Shown in pieces: positions 8,701 through 13,584 of a DNA stretch of 24,000 nucleotides (positions within the stretch are counted from its first letter, which is position 1; every line of letters begins with the position of its first letter). Below the pieces are notes generated by a model. That model ran no database searches. It was not told where the DNA came from and worked only from the letters and a program-made list of their open reading frames with translations. Both the position numbers and the translations under genes were made by a program. This DNA comes from Chitinivorax sp. PXF-14 (GTDB lineage: Bacteria; Pseudomonadota; Gammaproteobacteria; Burkholderiales; SCOH01), in NCBI RefSeq assembly GCF_040812015.1, contig NZ_JBFNXJ010000004.1, forward strand, positions 248,443 to 272,442, given 5' to 3'.

Positions 8701-9405
8701 ATGAAGAAGTCTCTGATTGCTGCTGCACTGGCCCTGGCATCCGTTCCTGCTTTCGCTCAAATGACCAACGTCGACGACGAAGTTCTGGGCACCCAAACCG
8801 GTCAAGAAGGTATCAGCATCGCACTGACCATCAAGGCTCACATCGATGACGTGATCTGGACTGACGATGGCAACTCCCTGCACTTCCAAGACATCGCGAT
8901 CGGTAGCGGCAGCACCATCGCTCGTCAAGTTGGCTTCGCAGTTGGTGGCAACACTCAGTACCTGAGCACTGGCACTGACTACTCCAACCCGGTTATCTTC
9001 CTGTCGCCGATCCGTATCGACGTTAAGAAGCTGGACCAAATCAACTTCACTATCGTTGATCAAGGCATGGGCACTGCACCTGCTGGCCTCGTAAACGTTA
9101 ACGGCACTGCTACCAACGTTCCGAACGGCAACACCCTGGCTCCGGGCTACGTTGTTAACTACGCTGACTACCTGAAGGCTTACGGCGCTAACGACGTTCT
9201 CGAAGGTGGTGCTGGCTCCAACGGCGCTCCTGGCTCGATCACTGGCACCAACTACGCTTCCGCAATCGTAATCGAAATGCCGCGTACTGTTGCTAGCTTC
9301 CGCGTCGGCGCGATCAAGGTAGGTAACGGTGCTTCGATGGGCTCCTTGGAAATGAAGGGTATGGACTTCTACGGTACCAAGGTTGCAATCTGGGGTCACC
9401 AGTAA
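8701..9405 (+). CDS. Secreted 234-aa protein with strong expression signals, Cys-free and G/N/T/V/I-rich (predicted beta-rich); family not recognised with certainty; putative cargo of the island
   Basis: AGGAG SD 7 nt upstream of ATG. Sec signal peptide MKKSLIAAALALASVPAFA|Q. Codon usage differs sharply from the neighbours (my count: Val GTT 14/20, Ala GCT 17/27, Gln CAA 7/9, Arg CGT 3/4). The gene has its own promoter and its own strong terminator. Confidence 0.8.
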   Translation: MKKSLIAAALALASVPAFAQMTNVDDEVLGTQTGQEGISIALTIKAHIDDVIWTDDGNSLHFQDIAIGSGSTIARQVGFAVGGNTQYLSTGTDYSNPVIFLSPIRIDVKKLDQINFTIVDQGMGTAPAGLVNVNGTATNVPNGNTLAPGYVVNYADYLKAYGANDVLEGGAGSNGAPGSITGTNYASAIVIEMPRTVASFRVGAIKVGNGASMGSLEMKGMDFYGTKVAIWGHQ

Positions 9406-9434
9406 TCAGTCTGCTGACAACGTCAGCCTGATTG

Positions 9435-9475
9435 AAAATCCACCACGGTTTTCCGTGGTGGATTTTTTATTTTTT
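9435..9475 (+). terminator. Strong rho-independent terminator/attenuator after the secreted-protein gene
   Basis: AAAATCCACCACGG-tttt-CCGTGGTGGATTTT forms a 14-bp perfect stem, followed by TTATTTTTT. Confidence 0.85.
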
Positions 9476-9705
9476 GCAGCTTGGCTAATTTATTTATTGA
9501 TTTACCGAAGATGACCACATCTTTTTGACTGAAAATCTCGCCGATTTGTCTGGTGTGAACGTGGTTTTGTTGTTTGTTTTTCTAGTATGCGATTGATATT
9601 GCTGGATATTTTGTCTGACAATAGTTTAAATGCATAAAAATTATTGAAAAAAAACCAAAACCCAGTAATATCCGATATGCGCGATGCATTGATTTGGAGT
9701 GGGGG

Positions 9706-10455
9706 ATGTTTCTTTCTATCGTAATGGCCTTGATGGCGATGACCAATGTCGGCCTGACTGACATCAAGGACAGCCCCGACGGCGTTTACCCTGTACAAAC
9801 CATTCCGGAATTCAGGGGGGGCGAACAGATCGCCATCCGTCCCTTGTCCGACCTCAAATACAGCGGCCTGGTGCATCAGGCATTCGACTACAGCTGTGGC
9901 TCGGCTGCGCTGACAACCGTTCTTAATTATTTCCTCAGCGAAAGCCTGCAAGAGTCGGAAGTCATGGAAGGCATGCTCAAGTTCGGCGAGAAGGACAAGA
10001 TCGTGCAGCGTCGTGGTTTCTCGCTGCTCGACATGAAACGCTATGTCGCATCGCTAGGCTACAAGAGCGCGGGCTTCAAGGCTGAATTGAGCGATCTGAT
10101 CGACCTGCGTCAACCGGGCATCGTTGGTATTCAGCATGCAGGTTTCAAGCATTTCGTGGTGTTCCGCGAGATCCGCGACGGCCATATCTATTTGGCAGAT
10201 CCTGCCCAGGGCAAGATCAGTTTTACGACATCCGAGTTTCTCAAGTTCTGGGATGGTAACGTGCTGTTCCTCATCTATCCCAAGGACGGCGTCGATATCA
10301 ACAATCGTCTGGAACTGACTGACAACGATTTGCGCGTGATGGACGAAGATCGCATCCGGCAATCGGTGTTGGCTACGCTACCGGCTTTTGGCCTGCCACT
10401 GGATCGTAAGGTCGATAAAGCCGCAGGCGGCACGGTTTATTACAAGCATAAATAG
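9706..10455 (+). CDS. Stand-alone C39-family cysteine peptidase (no ABC transporter fusion), N-terminal hydrophobic segment, probably periplasmic; FapD-like in architecture
   Basis: ATG 9706 follows GGAGTGGGGG. The motif Q58-x5-C64 (HQAFDYSCGSAALTTVLNYF) and H149...D165 (KHFVVFREIRDGHIYLADP) give a complete Gln/Cys/His/Asp set with a His-to-Asp spacing of 16, as in bacteriocin-processing C39 domains. The ORF ends after 249 aa, 14 bp before the next gene. Confidence 0.8.
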   Translation: MFLSIVMALMAMTNVGLTDIKDSPDGVYPVQTIPEFRGGEQIAIRPLSDLKYSGLVHQAFDYSCGSAALTTVLNYFLSESLQESEVMEGMLKFGEKDKIVQRRGFSLLDMKRYVASLGYKSAGFKAELSDLIDLRQPGIVGIQHAGFKHFVVFREIRDGHIYLADPAQGKISFTTSEFLKFWDGNVLFLIYPKDGVDINNRLELTDNDLRVMDEDRIRQSVLATLPAFGLPLDRKVDKAAGGTVYYKHK

Positions 10456-10469
10456 AATTCGATTACGGG

Positions 10470-11879
10470 GTGCTTCAATTGAACAAGCAAATCGTCGCGC
10501 TGGCCTTGGCGCTTATGGGTGGAACCGCAGTCGCAGCCGATGCGGATGCCGAGCCGAAACGCACACCGCTTGGTGTGAACCAGATCCAGGAGCCGGGGGA
10601 GTCCAAAAAACTGCAACCGGTAACGGACCTGCCGCAGGACAGCCGCCCGGCTGCCACGGCAGCTGAGGCACCCGCTGCTCCGGCGCAGGCCAGCCAGAAA
10701 AACGCCAAGAAGGGCAAAGGCGCCAAGACCGCAACGGCAAGCGCGGAAGCCGTAGCTGCACCCGCCGCGGCACAAAAGGCAGCGGAACCCAAGGCTGCCA
10801 CGGCGCAAGCGCCAGCCGAACCTAAACCAGTAGCAGAGACGAAGCCCGCTGTCGCGTCGACACCGGCCCCAGCTGCCGCACCAGCCAGCGCACCGCCGGC
10901 CAAGACCGCTGCGGCGCCTGCTGCCGGCGGCAAGGATACAACCGATGCGGCTCGCCAGGCACTGGCGAAGCAGGAAGGCGACAAGGACAACAAGAAGCTG
11001 GCTGAAGACGTGCTGACCTCGCAGGAAAAGAACTACACCCTGCTCAAGAAGGGCTCGTTCGATTTCAGCTATGACTTCAACTACAGCTATATCAGCGCGG
11101 ATCGCCTCGATTACGCCGTCGCCAGCAACAGCCAGAACCAGTTCAATATCTCCAAGTTCGGGCTGGAGCGTGACGCGACGCATACGGTGACCAACACGAT
11201 TACCGGCGACTATGGCCTGCGCGACAACCTGACCGTGGGTGTGTCAGTACCGCTGGTGTACAAGTACGACTCGTCCAACAATCTGAAGCGCTGGGTGACC
11301 GGTATCGGTGATCTCTCGCTCAACACGCGCTGGCAGCCTATCGAGGTGTCGCGCCGCATGCCGTCGCTGACCATCAACGGCTCGGTGCGTGCGCCGACCG
11401 GCATCAGCCCCTACGAGATCATCGCCGGCAAGGAATTGTCGACCGGTAGCGGCTATTGGGGCGGCACCGTCAGCGGCAACCTGTCCAAGGTCATCGACCC
11501 GGTCGTGCTGTTCGGCTCCCTGGGCTACTCGTACAACCTCAAGAAGACTGGCCTGAACCAGGTGCGCGGCAACGAAGGCCGCCGTATCTCCGCCATCGAG
11601 CCGGGCAGCGGCTTCAACGTGGGCGCCGGCTTCGGCTACGCCTTGTCGTACGATATCGCGCTGAACCTGTCGACCCAGGTGTCGTGGTCCAAGCAATCGC
11701 AGCTGATCTTCCATGATGGCACCTCGGTCATGCTCGACATGGAAACCTCGGGCTCGATGAACTTTGGCCTGACCTGGCGCCTCGACCCCAAATTCACGCT
11801 CGGCTTTACTGCCGCCATCGGCTTGACCAACGAGTCGCCTGACTTCTCGTTCGGCGTGAACATGCCGCTCAACTTCTAA
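10470..11879 (+). CDS. Outer-membrane beta-barrel protein (MetA-pathway/'transporter'-type barrel) preceded by a long Ala/Pro/Lys-rich linker and a charged helix; FapF-like architecture
   Basis: Signal peptide (LNKQIVALALALMGGTAVAA). Residues ~58-153 are almost only A/P/K/T/E/Q/S. A charged helix follows (DTTDAARQALAKQEGDKDNKKLAEDVLTSQEK). The ~275-aa C-terminal region has alternating beta-strand patterns, a TGIGDLSLNTRWQP motif and a terminal ...NMPLNF (C-terminal Phe, an OMP signature). The start could be GTG 10470 or TTG 10479. Confidence 0.7.
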   Translation: MLQLNKQIVALALALMGGTAVAADADAEPKRTPLGVNQIQEPGESKKLQPVTDLPQDSRPAATAAEAPAAPAQASQKNAKKGKGAKTATASAEAVAAPAAAQKAAEPKAATAQAPAEPKPVAETKPAVASTPAPAAAPASAPPAKTAAAPAAGGKDTTDAARQALAKQEGDKDNKKLAEDVLTSQEKNYTLLKKGSFDFSYDFNYSYISADRLDYAVASNSQNQFNISKFGLERDATHTVTNTITGDYGLRDNLTVGVSVPLVYKYDSSNNLKRWVTGIGDLSLNTRWQPIEVSRRMPSLTINGSVRAPTGISPYEIIAGKELSTGSGYWGGTVSGNLSKVIDPVVLFGSLGYSYNLKKTGLNQVRGNEGRRISAIEPGSGFNVGAGFGYALSYDIALNLSTQVSWSKQSQLIFHDGTSVMLDMETSGSMNFGLTWRLDPKFTLGFTAAIGLTNESPDFSFGVNMPLNF

Positions 11880-11896
11880 GCCGGGAGTTGAGTACG

Positions 11897-13513
11897 ATGG
11901 CGAAGTCAACATACAGCCTGCGCGGCAAGTGGCGCGAGGCGCTCGTAGCCTCTGTCCTGGCGGCGCTGAGCGCTCCGTCGCTGGCGGCGGTCGGGGAAAA
12001 CATCGGTGTCAGCCTGCGTGCCATGTCGCTGGGCAATGCCGTGACGGCCGACCCGGGCGGGATCGAGGCGGTACACTACAACCCGGCGGGGCTTACCCAC
12101 CTGACCGGCAAGCGGCATGATCTGACCTTGATGGCGGCACGTGTGCGCACGTTTGCCGAGTTCAATGCGCCGGAGGATTACAAGGGCATCTTCGGCTTCA
12201 AGGAAGACCCGGTCATCGGCCAGCGCAGCACCAGTGCCGATCACGCGTTCTACGTCCCGGGCATCGGCCTGGTGAAGCCCAAGGTGCCGGTCATCGTGGC
12301 GCCGATGAGCGGCTTCTCGTACAACGAGCCCGATTCTCGCTTCACCTTCGCGGACATGCTGTTTGCGCCGCAGCTGGTGGCCTACGACCGCTCGCGCCAA
12401 GGGGATGACGATCCGACCCGCTTCGGCGGTCGCACCATGGTGCTGCAGCGTTTCACCTATTTCGCGCCATCGATGGGCTACAAGGTCAGCGATACCTTGT
12501 CGCTGGGCGTGACGGCATCACTGTCGCACCATGCGCTGGCGCTCAATACCGATTTCCGGGCGCCGAACCAGCTGCTCGCGATGGTCGGGCAATTGCAGAA
12601 AGCGCTGTGCCCCGAGGGGGGCAACCCGATCGATACGGTATTGTTCGGCCTGTGTAGCAAGGGGCGGATGAACCCGTTCAACAAGATCGCCAACCTGGAG
12701 TTCCAGGTTTCCGTTCCTTCCGACCCGACTCTCTATCTGGGCTTTCTGTGGGAACCGAACGACTGGTTCGCGCTCGGCGGCGTGTACCAGAGCGAGAGCA
12801 AGATGCGCATGACGGGCAAGTACAAGTTCGAGTACGACCCCAATATCCGCGCCTTCTACGATGGCGTCAGCCATTCGGCTCTGGGCCCGATCATTCTGGC
12901 GGCGCTGGCGCAGCCGAGCTCGGTGCCGGAGAAGGAAGAGGGCAACGTGACCTTGACGCTGCCGTATCCGAAGCACATCCAGGTCGGTACCAAGTTCAAG
13001 TTCGGCCGTATCCAGTTGAACGGCGACGTCAGCTGGACCAACTGGAAGGCGTGGGAGAACTTCGTCTTCGACTTCGACCAGGAGCTGTCTGCGCTGCAGA
13101 TGGCCCGCCTGTTCGGTTACCCCGATGCGACCAAGCTGGTGATGCCGCGCGGTTACAAGAACACCTGGAGCGGCGGTATCGGCTTGCAGGTCGATGTGAC
13201 CAGCAAGCTGCGCACGCGCATGGGGGTGGAGTTCCGCAAGAGCTCGGTGCGGCCGGACCGCATCGATACCGTGGCACCGCTGTCGGATGACCGCTTGTAC
13301 GGGATCGGCTTCGGCTATTCGATCGACAAGTTCACCGATATCGACGCGACGATCGCCTTCCTGCATACGCGTTACACGGCGCAGGCCAATTCGAGTTGCA
13401 ACCTGAACTGCGACAACCTGCTGAACGTGGTGTACAACCCGTATGCGGGCCTGGATGTGACCACTGGCCTCAAGGTCGACGTGGGCGGCATCACCATCCG
13501 CAAGCGTTTCTAA
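11897..13513 (+). CDS. Outer-membrane transport protein of the OMPP1/FadL/TodX family, unusually long (538 aa)
   Basis: GGGAG at 11883-11887, 9 nt before ATG 11897. Signal peptide ...LAALSAPSLA|AVGEN. There is an N-terminal hatch-like segment with the family motif (SLGNAVTADPGGIEAVHYNPAGLTHL). Amphipathic beta strands run throughout and the protein ends ...GGITIRKRF. Two Cys pairs are present (ALCPEGG...FGLCSKG and SSCNLNCDN). Confidence 0.75.
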   Translation: MAKSTYSLRGKWREALVASVLAALSAPSLAAVGENIGVSLRAMSLGNAVTADPGGIEAVHYNPAGLTHLTGKRHDLTLMAARVRTFAEFNAPEDYKGIFGFKEDPVIGQRSTSADHAFYVPGIGLVKPKVPVIVAPMSGFSYNEPDSRFTFADMLFAPQLVAYDRSRQGDDDPTRFGGRTMVLQRFTYFAPSMGYKVSDTLSLGVTASLSHHALALNTDFRAPNQLLAMVGQLQKALCPEGGNPIDTVLFGLCSKGRMNPFNKIANLEFQVSVPSDPTLYLGFLWEPNDWFALGGVYQSESKMRMTGKYKFEYDPNIRAFYDGVSHSALGPIILAALAQPSSVPEKEEGNVTLTLPYPKHIQVGTKFKFGRIQLNGDVSWTNWKAWENFVFDFDQELSALQMARLFGYPDATKLVMPRGYKNTWSGGIGLQVDVTSKLRTRMGVEFRKSSVRPDRIDTVAPLSDDRLYGIGFGYSIDKFTDIDATIAFLHTRYTAQANSSCNLNCDNLLNVVYNPYAGLDVTTGLKVDVGGITIRKRF

Positions 13514-13533
13514 GCCGCCCTGGCGGCAGCGCA

Positions 13534-13567
13534 AACAAGAAAGCCGGCAATTGCCGGCTTTCTTGTT
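13534..13567. terminator. Bidirectional terminator between the convergent FadL-like and emrB genes
   Basis: Perfect 17+17 bp inverted repeat AACAAGAAAGCCGGCAA|TTGCCGGCTTTCTTGTT. It is flanked by A-rich and T-rich runs on either side, so it can act on both strands. Confidence 0.8.
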
Positions 13568-13584
13568 GCTTGCACCTGTTTGCT

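Noticed and set aside
8701-9405. Cargo as a type IV pilin, flagellin or porin
   Set aside because: It has a Sec-type AxA signal peptide rather than a G|F-T-L-I-E prepilin motif. At 234 aa, with no conserved flagellin termini, it is not a flagellin. It ends ...AIWGHQ, without the C-terminal aromatic OMP signature.
9502-9951. 149-aa minus-strand ORF spanning the AT-rich spacer and the start of the C39 gene
   Set aside because: Its first ~80 codons are antisense to the C39 region carrying the Q/C active-site motif. The remainder is a low-complexity read-through of the AT-rich spacer. There is no RBS and no recognisable motif.
9706-10455. C39 ORF as a truncated remnant (pseudogene) of a bacteriocin ABC exporter
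   Set aside because: No TMD or NBD coding remnants follow in any frame. The catalytic tetrad is intact. The ORF has its own hydrophobic N-terminus and RBS, and it is tightly coupled to the next gene.
8701-13513. Interpretation as a canonical fapABCDEF amyloid operon
   Set aside because: The cargo has no FapB/FapC-type Q/N-rich imperfect repeats. No FapA or FapE-like small ORFs are present, and a FadL-type barrel is found instead. Only the FapD/FapF-like logic is shared.
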